Below, one piece after another: positions 6,775 through 14,539 of a DNA stretch of 39,728 bases. The DNA lies in contig JAUVKN010000001.1 in NCBI GenBank assembly GCA_030596245.1, positions 1-39,728 on the forward strand, in the 5' to 3' direction. The DNA is from Bacteroidia bacterium. Lineage in GTDB: Bacteria > Bacteroidota > Bacteroidia > Bacteroidales > GCA-2748055. Made by a program: the position numbers and the translations under genes. How positions within the stretch are numbered: position 1 is the stretch's first letter; every line of letters begins with the position of its first letter. Below the pieces are notes generated by a model, which worked only from the letters and a program-made list of their open reading frames with translations, ran no database searches and was not told where the DNA came from.

Positions 6775-7137
6775 CTATGTTTTTTCAGCAACGGATTGGA
6801 CCATTTCGAGCAAGACATCCGGATCAAAAGGTTTGGTCAGATACCCTTTTGCTCCAAGTTCCAGGGCATGATCTTTCGTTTCATCCAGTGTAATACCTGA
6901 AATGATGATCACTGGGATTTTCGTTTCCATTTTGGTATTCACATAACGTACCAGTTCAAGCCCTTTTGTATAGGGCATATTAATATCAGTTATCACCAGG
7001 TCAATTTCTTCATTATCAAGTATTTTGATAGCTTTATCTCCATCTGCTGCCTCCAATATTTCATAACCACACCTGGCAAGAGAAAAAGCGATGGTCTTAA
7101 GGGCAATTGGATTATCTTCACAAACAAGTATTCTCAT
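6775..7137 (-). CDS. Stand-alone CheY-like receiver-domain response regulator (no output domain)
   Basis: MRILVCEDNP... DLVITDINMP (phospho-acceptor Asp) ... VIIISG ... YLTKPF (conserved Lys). 120 aa from the ATG at 7137; the track starts one codon earlier at a TTG. Confidence 0.85.
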   Translation of the reverse strand: MRILVCEDNPIALKTIAFSLARCGYEILEAADGDKAIKILDNEEIDLVITDINMPYTKGLELVRYVNTKMETKIPVIIISGITLDETKDHALELGAKGYLTKPFDPDVLLEMVQSVAEKT

Positions 7138-7163
7138 CAATTCTGTGGTTACAATAATAAAAA

Positions 7164-9803
7164 CTACTGGATGATCACCCGGTGCATCTCCTTTTCACTG
7201 TCAAAAATAATACTAAAGATATAAACACCCGGTACAACATCACCAATTCTTATCCCTGACGAAGCGTTTATTAATGGCTTATGAGCTATCTCTCTTCCGG
7301 TCATGTCGGTCACAACCACCGATGCGTTAACAAATGGCTGCAAAGACTTTATGAAAAAAATATCTTTCCCGGGATTTGGATATATGGTGAACCGGTTCCC
7401 TCCATCTCCAACAAGGGCCATCCCATATCCAAGGGGATATCCTACCCTGATATTCACAGGGATCAGGGTGGAATTGGTGTATCCGTCATTCAGGTAGTAG
7501 CTAAAGAGATCATCGCCCTGGAATCCCTCCACAGGATAATAGTTAAAGCTGCCATTGGGATGTAGATGAAGGGTGCCGTGACCAGGACTGTTCCCAAAAG
7601 AGAGTTCGGCACTCATTTCATTGCCATCGATATCAAAATCGTTGGCCAACAGACCCCCTTCCATTGCGATAGTCAGGTTACCTCCCGGGATTATCTCAAA
7701 GCTATCTGCACGTCCGATTGGCGGAGAATTAAACAGGGGTAGTTCCCTTTTCAAATAAAAAAATGATTGCTTCTTCCTTTCGATGGGTGGTTCATTCTGA
7801 ATCTTCTCATAATCCCAGAAATTCCAGGAATAGGCGTCACTTCGATAGAGCCCCCCAGCTCCAGCCACGGTAACAGCAATGCCATTTGTCAGTGTGTCCT
7901 CCTGCACCATCACTATACCATTACCATCGTGATAGGAGAGGTAATGCATGGCTCTCCTTACAGTTGGAGCCGGGAAATTGATCAGAGTCCATGGGATCCG
8001 GATCTCCAGACTATCGTTAAAAACTGTTACCGCATTGAGCAGCTGGTAAGGGTCATCCGAGCTGGAGATGTTCAATTTCCCGATGTATTGGGTAATATCA
8101 TAGGAGTAATTTGTTTTCCACCTTACGCGGTTCCAGATCCCCACATCACTGCTGGTGGAAACCACCGTATCGATCCTTACCGGGGCTTTAATCCCGTAAA
8201 CGTCATAGGAGGGAATCACAAACAGATCGGTCCTCTCTCCTCCAATGGGAATACTCAGGGCAAACTCTGCCCTCAACGTATCCACACCATCCCCTATGGA
8301 TACCCCATTGGGAAGAATCGATTCTCCAAGATCCCGTGCATAAGTGTCAAAAGCAACCCATAGCGTATCCCCTTGATGCATTTCTGTATCCATATAGAGG
8401 CGAACCCTGAAAAAAGTATAATCGGAAGATATCCTGATTTGTGAAACAGGTTCTCCTGGAAAAGATCCTGATTCCACGAATGGTTCAGGTGGCGGCGCAT
8501 AAGAAAGAATCCCGAAATTCTGTTCCGGAGATGTAATATTATGCCAGAGATGCCGGTACTCTTTGTCAGAATAAGGATTGGTGATCCACGTCTGTTTGAA
8601 CCATTCATCGATGAGTGAGAACTGAATACCGCCGGCACATCCTGATCCAAGGATATTGTCAAGCATCCTGATCGTATACCGGCCCTGCTCTTTTTCGGTA
8701 ATCCCCCCGTGGTGCATGCCTGTGGGGGACAAATGACCGCTGCCCCAGCTGGAAGGAACCCCAAACTCCGCTATCACAAGTGGTATTCCCTCATAGTGCT
8801 TTTTCAGCTCCTTCAGATAACCCAGGTAACCATTCGGACCAATGGAATCTGATTCAACACTGTAATAAGGGTCCTGGATGATGAAGTCGGGATAGTAGGG
8901 ATATGCGTGGTAACCGATAAAGAATCCGCCGGACGAATCGGATACTACCACATTGGCCAGATCAATTTTCTCATCATCTTCATGACTCCCGGCTATATTT
9001 TGTTCTGTGGGATGAACCAGCGGATCCAGGGTAGGCCATGTGGAAATGCCTGCAGGTCGCACTGTACCATAAAGATCCATTTCATAGATCATCAGGCTGT
9101 CAAGCCTCCGGGTAATCCATACCTCGGCAGGGTCCCCTCCACCGGAAAGATGGAAATAAGTGCCCTGGAATTCTGTTTCTCCGGCATGAGCCTGATTGGT
9201 AAGGGCTACTTCAGCAGGAAAGATCTCCCTGCCGATTAGAAATCCAACCACCCAGTTTGAGATGTTTGCGGTATAATTACCATAGGCCTTCCCGAACCGA
9301 TGGCCTATTTCAATATCTCCATGAACAGCGTTTACCACCTCCCTGATTTCATGATCGAACATGGCAGAGAGGTCATATAGATCTTTGGCGGATTCCTGCT
9401 CTTCCAGCCATACCCCCTGAATCAACAGCAAAGGATTACCCGGGTGATCCAGGTTATATTGATACAACTCCTCATAGAACCTGGGATAATGAAGTGTGTA
9501 GATCCGAATGGTATTATATCCGGCTTCTTTGACCAGGTAAAACCAACGCCTGTAATCCTCACGACTCGCAGCCAGTTGTCCGGGCTGAGTTCCAGGAATG
9601 GATACACCCATATTGATACCCTTGATGAATATCGGGATATACTCTTTCCCGTTCCAGATGGCAAATCGGTCATCCTTTATGGTGTAATCTCCTTTAAAGG
9701 AGTCTTCCATTCCTGAGGATACTTTGTGCTGAGAATAAACAGTCGACGAATTTACTCTGATAATCAGGATAATAAGCAATAGCGGAATCTGTTTCAATGT
9801 CAT
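7164..9803 (-). CDS. Secreted multidomain protein: clan GH-A-like (beta/alpha)8 glycosidase region, cadherin/VCBS-like domain and T9SS C-terminal sorting domain
   Basis: I prefer the start at the ATG 9803 (MTLKQIPLLLIILIIRVNSSTVYSQ is a signal peptide) over the track start at 9884. TIM-barrel-like motifs: FIKGINMGV, GYNTIRIYTLHYPRFY, VVGFLIGREI, PLVIAEFGVPSSWG (candidate nucleophile Glu), GGIQFSLIDEWFK. Cadherin-like: LLANDFDIDGNEMSAEL...GHGTLHLHPNGSFNYYPVEGFQGDDLFSYYLNDG. CTD: FTIYPNPGKDIFFI...PGVYIFSIIF...HRVIIQ. The GH family cannot be assigned by eye. Confidence 0.7.
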   Translation of the reverse strand: MTLKQIPLLLIILIIRVNSSTVYSQHKVSSGMEDSFKGDYTIKDDRFAIWNGKEYIPIFIKGINMGVSIPGTQPGQLAASREDYRRWFYLVKEAGYNTIRIYTLHYPRFYEELYQYNLDHPGNPLLLIQGVWLEEQESAKDLYDLSAMFDHEIREVVNAVHGDIEIGHRFGKAYGNYTANISNWVVGFLIGREIFPAEVALTNQAHAGETEFQGTYFHLSGGGDPAEVWITRRLDSLMIYEMDLYGTVRPAGISTWPTLDPLVHPTEQNIAGSHEDDEKIDLANVVVSDSSGGFFIGYHAYPYYPDFIIQDPYYSVESDSIGPNGYLGYLKELKKHYEGIPLVIAEFGVPSSWGSGHLSPTGMHHGGITEKEQGRYTIRMLDNILGSGCAGGIQFSLIDEWFKQTWITNPYSDKEYRHLWHNITSPEQNFGILSYAPPPEPFVESGSFPGEPVSQIRISSDYTFFRVRLYMDTEMHQGDTLWVAFDTYARDLGESILPNGVSIGDGVDTLRAEFALSIPIGGERTDLFVIPSYDVYGIKAPVRIDTVVSTSSDVGIWNRVRWKTNYSYDITQYIGKLNISSSDDPYQLLNAVTVFNDSLEIRIPWTLINFPAPTVRRAMHYLSYHDGNGIVMVQEDTLTNGIAVTVAGAGGLYRSDAYSWNFWDYEKIQNEPPIERKKQSFFYLKRELPLFNSPPIGRADSFEIIPGGNLTIAMEGGLLANDFDIDGNEMSAELSFGNSPGHGTLHLHPNGSFNYYPVEGFQGDDLFSYYLNDGYTNSTLIPVNIRVGYPLGYGMALVGDGGNRFTIYPNPGKDIFFIKSLQPFVNASVVVTDMTGREIAHKPLINASSGIRIGDVVPGVYIFSIIFDSEKEMHRVIIQ

Positions 9804-9830
9804 ATTGATCAAACAGTGATGGCAAGAAAA

Positions 9831-9838
9831 GTTTGTTG
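9831..9838 (-). promoter_or_regulatory. Candidate Bacteroidota sigma-A -7 box TAcaTTTG for the 2908-9803 operon
   Basis: The minus strand reads tacatttg, an exact match to the published TAnnTTTG consensus, 28 nt upstream of the ATG at 9803. It overlaps the 13-bp palindrome tttgttgaacaaa (9822-9834). No convincing -33 TTTG lies at canonical spacing. Motif only. Confidence 0.35.
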
Positions 9839-9888
9839 AACAAATGTAAGAAAATTGGTCCAGCAACCCTGATAAAATTTTCAACGAT

Positions 9889-11154
9889 TTATCCCAGGTC
9901 CCTGATCAGAAGCTCAATGTTCTGGACGCCCCGCTGTTCTAAAATCAACTCTTTGTTGATCATGACCCTTTCGATGGTGGAGTGGTCGAAGTATCGAATG
10001 GTGACAAGCTCCAGCCCCGTCTGGTAAGCCACCTTATATTTCTCCTCCAGTTCATCCACCACCAGCCTCAGTTTCCGCTTGTTATTGTTTACGATAATTT
10101 GAAAACTGATGGCTGAATTTTGCATCATGTTGATCTTCAGTCCGTGCTTATTAAGGATTCCGAAGATCTCCTCCAGGTTGTCCTCGTTGATAAAGGAGAA
10201 ATCGAGCGGTGAGGTACGGATCAATACCTGATCCATTTTAAAAATGAAGGATGGCGTCAGCTTGTCATAGGAGAGGTTCCCCACCAGTGTTCCGGGCGCC
10301 TCCGGATCCACAAAGGATTTTACATGCAGGTTGATGTTTTTATTCTGTAGTGGTTTTATGGTTTTCGGATGAATGACGCTGGTCCCAAAATAGGCAAGTT
10401 CGATGGCATCCAGGTATGACAGCTTCTCCAGCAGTATGGTATCATCGAAATATTTGGGATCTGCATTGAGCACCCCCGGCACATCTTTCCATATGGTTAC
10501 ACTTTTTGCCCTCAGCATAAAGGCCAGTATGGCTGCTGTGTAATCCGATCCCTCCCTTCCCAGGGAGGTGGTCTGGTCATTGATGGTGGAAGCCAGGAAG
10601 CCCTGGGTAATCAGGATCCGCTCGCCATTGAAGGTAAATTGCTCATTGACCAGGTGGGAAGAGAGTTCCCAGTCCACACGCGCTTCACGCCAGTTGTTGT
10701 CGGTTTTTAGTGCCCGGCGGATATCCATCCACCTGGTTGCAACACCCGATTTATTCAGAAAATGGCTGATGATGGTGGTGGAGAGCAACTCCCCGTAACA
10801 GATCAACTGATCATAATCGTAGTCATAATTCAGGGTGGGCTCCTTGGTTAGTCGGTCGAAGAGCTCCTCAAACACCTCGTTCACATTAGCAAATACCAGG
10901 TGATCTTTATCTTCAAAGAGTCCATTCACGATATCCAGGTGGTAGGCCTTTAACTGTTTATACTCATCCCGGAGGTCTTCCTCTCTCTTACCTGCATAGC
11001 ATTCGATGATCCGCTCAAGGGAATTGGTGGTTTTCCCCATGGCAGAAACCACCACCACGATCTCTTCATTCTGGAAACGTTGAAGAATTTCAACAATATT
11101 CTTCACTGCGCCTGCACTTTTTACAGAAGCGCCACCAAATTTGAATACAAACAT
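9889..11154 (-). CDS. Aspartate kinase
   Basis: 421 aa. MFVFKFGGASV...VVVVSAMGKTTN...GREGSDYTAA, with a C-terminal ACT-like region. Confidence 0.9.
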   Translation of the reverse strand: MFVFKFGGASVKSAGAVKNIVEILQRFQNEEIVVVVSAMGKTTNSLERIIECYAGKREEDLRDEYKQLKAYHLDIVNGLFEDKDHLVFANVNEVFEELFDRLTKEPTLNYDYDYDQLICYGELLSTTIISHFLNKSGVATRWMDIRRALKTDNNWREARVDWELSSHLVNEQFTFNGERILITQGFLASTINDQTTSLGREGSDYTAAILAFMLRAKSVTIWKDVPGVLNADPKYFDDTILLEKLSYLDAIELAYFGTSVIHPKTIKPLQNKNINLHVKSFVDPEAPGTLVGNLSYDKLTPSFIFKMDQVLIRTSPLDFSFINEDNLEEIFGILNKHGLKINMMQNSAISFQIIVNNNKRKLRLVVDELEEKYKVAYQTGLELVTIRYFDHSTIERVMINKELILEQRGVQNIELLIRDLG

Positions 11155-11186
11155 TCTGATACGGTTTTAATTCGTAAATTGAGGCT

Positions 11187-11194
11187 CAAAATTA
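11187..11194 (-). promoter_or_regulatory. Candidate -7 box TAatTTTG upstream of aspartate kinase
   Basis: The minus strand reads taattttg (exact TAnnTTTG), 33 nt upstream of the ATG at 11154. Motif only. Confidence 0.3.
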
Positions 11195-11221
11195 ATCATA
11201 GCAAAGATCTTAAAAAAACAG

Positions 11222-11593
11222 ATGAAGGTAATAATCAGTTTTGCTACTTACCAGGTTGAAGCGGAATTGTATGATACGCCCACAGGCCGGTCTATTTATG
11301 CAGCATTGCCCATTCAACGGAATGTAAACCGTTGGGGTGATGAAATCGATTTCGAGATCCCTGTTCAATCGACCCTGGAAGCAGATGCAAAGGCAGAGGT
11401 CTCTGTGGGAGAGCTGGCGTACTGGCCCAATATGCCCGCCTTCTGCATTTTCTTTGGTGCAACCCCGGTTAGCACAGGAAACACACCGGTGGCAGCAAGC
11501 CCGGTAAACGTGTTCGGGAAACTTTCAAAGATCGATTTAGAGAAACTCCGACGGATCCCTGACGGTGAGAATGTGGCTGTAGAGGTTGGTTAA
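11222..11593 (+). CDS. Cyclophilin-like fold protein (Cyclophil_like family)
   Basis: 123 aa. ...AELYDTPTGRSIYAALP...WGDEIDF...GELAYWPNMPAFCIFFG...VNVFGKL matches my recollection of the PF04126-type family. Confidence 0.65.
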   Translation: MKVIISFATYQVEAELYDTPTGRSIYAALPIQRNVNRWGDEIDFEIPVQSTLEADAKAEVSVGELAYWPNMPAFCIFFGATPVSTGNTPVAASPVNVFGKLSKIDLEKLRRIPDGENVAVEVG

Positions 11594-12723
11594 AGCTCAA
11601 GTCTGATCATCCGTGCTATCCGCTCCCCGGTCCTTTTCAGCAGCTCCCCGGCATGCCTGATGGCAAAGTCCAGTTCAGATGGTTTTTCCAGAATGGGCAG
11701 GATTACATTAAATCCCATCTGGTACAACACCTCACTCCCCTCCTCCAGGGTCCCGGCAATTCCTATCACCGGTTTCCCATGTTTTTGGGCCAGTTGAGCC
11801 ACACCAAATGGAGTCTTCCCAAACTGGGTCTGACCATCCATTTTTCCCTCTCCGGTAATCACCAGATCGGCTTGCATGATTTTCTCTTCAAGACCCACTG
11901 TCTCCGCAATCATATCGAAACCCTTCATCAACCTGGCTCCCAGAAAAGCCATCAATCCGGCTCCCAGTCCACCTGCAGCACCCGCACCGGGCACATGTGA
12001 TATCTCTTTTCCCAATTGTTGCCTGATGAGCTCTGCAAAATGTTCCAGGTTATGATCCAGTTTTTTTACCATATCCCTGTCAGCTCCCTTCTGGGGTCCA
12101 TAGATTGCCGAAGCACCTTCGGGGCCGGTCAACGGATTGGAAACATCACATGCCACCAAAATATCCAAATCTGCAATTCTGGGATCCAGACCCTCCATGT
12201 GGATCCTTTCCACATCACCCAGAGCTCCACCTCCAGGTCCGGATGAGATCTCTCTGCCGCAGGTAAACTTTACCCCCAGAGCCTCCGCCATTCCCGCTCC
12301 TCCATCATTGGTGGCACTGCCTCCAATCCCAAGCAAGAGCTTTTTACAACCCCTTTCCATGGCATTTTTTATCAGCTCACCGGTGCCAAAAGTTGAAGTC
12401 ACCCAGGGATCTCTTTCTCCAGGTATTAACAACTCAATCCCCGAGGCAGCTGCCATCTCTATGACAGCAGTGGAACCATCTCCGGTGATCCCATAAAAAG
12501 AGTTGATCTCACGCATTAATGGATCTTTTACAATCCACTCAATCCGTTTTCCACCTGTGGCATCTATGACCGATTCCACAGTTCCCTCTCCACCATCAGC
12601 CATAGGCGCAATCTGAAAATCGGTTTCGGGCATGATTCTCTCTATCCCCCGTCTGAGGGATATGGCTACCTGACGGGCACTCATACAGTCCTTAAAAGCA
12701 TCGGATGCAAGTAAAATATTCAT
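11590..12723 (-). CDS. Glycerate kinase
   Basis: 377 aa. MNILLASDAFKDCMSA...APMADGGEGTVE...GGSATNDGGAGM...VITGEGKMDGQT aligns by eye with GlxK/GarK. Confidence 0.9.
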   Translation of the reverse strand: MNILLASDAFKDCMSARQVAISLRRGIERIMPETDFQIAPMADGGEGTVESVIDATGGKRIEWIVKDPLMREINSFYGITGDGSTAVIEMAAASGIELLIPGERDPWVTSTFGTGELIKNAMERGCKKLLLGIGGSATNDGGAGMAEALGVKFTCGREISSGPGGGALGDVERIHMEGLDPRIADLDILVACDVSNPLTGPEGASAIYGPQKGADRDMVKKLDHNLEHFAELIRQQLGKEISHVPGAGAAGGLGAGLMAFLGARLMKGFDMIAETVGLEEKIMQADLVITGEGKMDGQTQFGKTPFGVAQLAQKHGKPVIGIAGTLEEGSEVLYQMGFNVILPILEKPSELDFAIRHAGELLKRTGERIARMIRLEL

Positions 12724-12817
12724 GTTTTTTGCATTGGGATGAGCAATAAAATTAACATAATCAACACAGATTTAAATATTTTGAATACTTTAATCTCATC
12801 AACTAAAATCACACAAC

Positions 12818-14500
12818 ATGTCTGTAGGAGTTCTGGCCCTTCTCGCCTCGCTGCCCATTGTCTCTATTTTTGTCTTTATGGTAGGATTCCGATGGCCTGC
12901 CACCAAAGCCATGCCTGTGGCCTTTGCCATCGCTCTTATTCTTGCCTTAATGGTGTGGAAAACTCCTGTCAACTGGATTCTCGCCTCTTCGATCAATGGC
13001 CTGGTGATCGCCTTTAAGATCCTGTTCATAGTCTTCGGGGCCCTGCTGGTCCTTTTCACCATGCGAGAGAGTGGAGCCATTGAAACCATTAACAGGGGAT
13101 TTACCAGCATCTCAACCGATAAAAGGGTTCAGGCCATCATCATTGCCTGGTTGTTTGGAGGGTTTATTGAAGGGGCGGCCGGCTTCGGAACCCCAGCTGC
13201 ACTGGCCGCTCCACTCTTGCTTTCCCTCGGTTTCCCGGCACTTGCTGCAGTCATGGTGGCACTGATCGCCAATGTGACGCCAGTCTCCTTCGGGGCTGTA
13301 GGTACACCCACTCTCATTGGGGTCCAGTCATCTTTGGATATCCCTTCAATACAGCAGTCTATTGCTGAATCCGGACTAACCTATACAGAATATATACAAC
13401 AGATCGGGGTCTGGACTGCAGCACAACATGCCTTACCCGGATTGATCCTTCCCCTGATCATGGTGGCCATGATGACCCGGTTTTTCGGGAAGAATAGAAG
13501 CATAAAGGAGGGCTTAGCCATTTGGCCTTACGCCCTGTTTGCCGGATTCTGTTTTGTGGGTCCATATCTGCTGGTGGCCATTTTCCTTGGGCCAGAATTT
13601 CCCTCTTTACTGGGCGGACTTCTTGGGCTGGCCATCCTGATTCCAGCCACCAAAGCCGGATTCCTGGTGCCAAAGAAAACCTGGGATTTCCCTGACAAGA
13701 GTTCGTGGGAAAAGAACTGGGTGGGTTCCATCAGCATGGATAGCCAGTCAAATACGGGAAAGATCTCAATGTTTAAAGCCTGGTCCCCCTATATGATCAT
13801 TGGGTTGTTGCTGGTCCTTACCAGGGTCAGGTCGCTGCCTTTTGGTAATTGGATAAAATCTGCCAGCGTAGGGTATTCCGACCTGTTTGGAACCACCGTA
13901 AACGGCACTGTTGATCCGCTCTACAATCCTGGAATCATGCCTTTTATTCTTGTGGCGCTCTTATGCATACCCCTTTTCGGCATGAAAGGTAAACAGGTAG
14001 GCGCAGCATGGTCAGAAGCGATCAGGAGAATGAAAAGTCCGCTTATTGCCCTGGTGTTTGCCGTGCCCATGGTACGGATCATGATGCAATCGGGCAACAA
14101 TCCGGATGATATCGTGGGTATGCCCATCGCAATGGCCACAGCCATGACCAGCATTTTCCAGGGAGCATGGCCATTGATAGACTCTTTTGTGGGGGCTCTG
14201 GGTTCTTTTATGTCGGGTTCCAATACAGTATCCAATATGTTGTTTTCACTGTTCCAGTATTCCATTGCCGATCAGCTGGGAATTTCCACCATCCTTATTG
14301 TTAGCCTTCAGAATATTGGAGGGGCCATGGGCAACATGATCTGCGTACATAATGTGATTGCAGCATGTGCGACGGTGGGCCTTGTTGGTGTGGAGGGCCT
14401 CCTGATCAAACGAAACCTGATCCCCATGTCGCTGGTAGGTTTGATTGTTGGCATTATAGGAGTGATTCTGGTTTATACAATAGGATCGGGAATCATGTAA
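12818..14500 (+). CDS. LctP-family permease (L-lactate/glycolate permease family)
   Basis: 560 aa, polytopic. [27 protein letters not shown]...[14 protein letters not shown] closely mirrors the LldP/GlcA signature region. Confidence 0.9.
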   Translation: MSVGVLALLASLPIVSIFVFMVGFRWPATKAMPVAFAIALILALMVWKTPVNWILASSINGLVIAFKILFIVFGALLVLFTMRESGAIETINRGFTSISTDKRVQAIIIAWLFGGFIEGAAGFGTPAALAAPLLLSLGFPALAAVMVALIANVTPVSFGAVGTPTLIGVQSSLDIPSIQQSIAESGLTYTEYIQQIGVWTAAQHALPGLILPLIMVAMMTRFFGKNRSIKEGLAIWPYALFAGFCFVGPYLLVAIFLGPEFPSLLGGLLGLAILIPATKAGFLVPKKTWDFPDKSSWEKNWVGSISMDSQSNTGKISMFKAWSPYMIIGLLLVLTRVRSLPFGNWIKSASVGYSDLFGTTVNGTVDPLYNPGIMPFILVALLCIPLFGMKGKQVGAAWSEAIRRMKSPLIALVFAVPMVRIMMQSGNNPDDIVGMPIAMATAMTSIFQGAWPLIDSFVGALGSFMSGSNTVSNMLFSLFQYSIADQLGISTILIVSLQNIGGAMGNMICVHNVIAACATVGLVGVEGLLIKRNLIPMSLVGLIVGIIGVILVYTIGSGIM

Positions 14501-14518
14501 AGATTTCTTGATTTTTGC

Positions 14519-14526
14519 TATGTTTG
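14519..14526 (+). promoter_or_regulatory. Candidate -7 box TAtgTTTG upstream of mfd
   Basis: Exact TAnnTTTG ending 14 nt before the ATG at 14540, which implies a very short leader. Motif only. Confidence 0.25.
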
Positions 14527-14539
14527 CGCTTGAGAAATC

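Noticed and set aside
9804-9884. Track start at 9884 for the glycosidase-like protein
   Set aside because: The extra 27 residues (MKILSGLLDQFSYICSTNFSCHHCLIN) precede a textbook signal peptide that begins at the ATG at 9803. That start also leaves room for the TAcaTTTG motif. The longer form is not excluded.
12776-12790. Promoter -7 box upstream of the LctP-family permease (tattttg)
   Set aside because: It is one T short of TAnnTTTG. I reported only exact matches.
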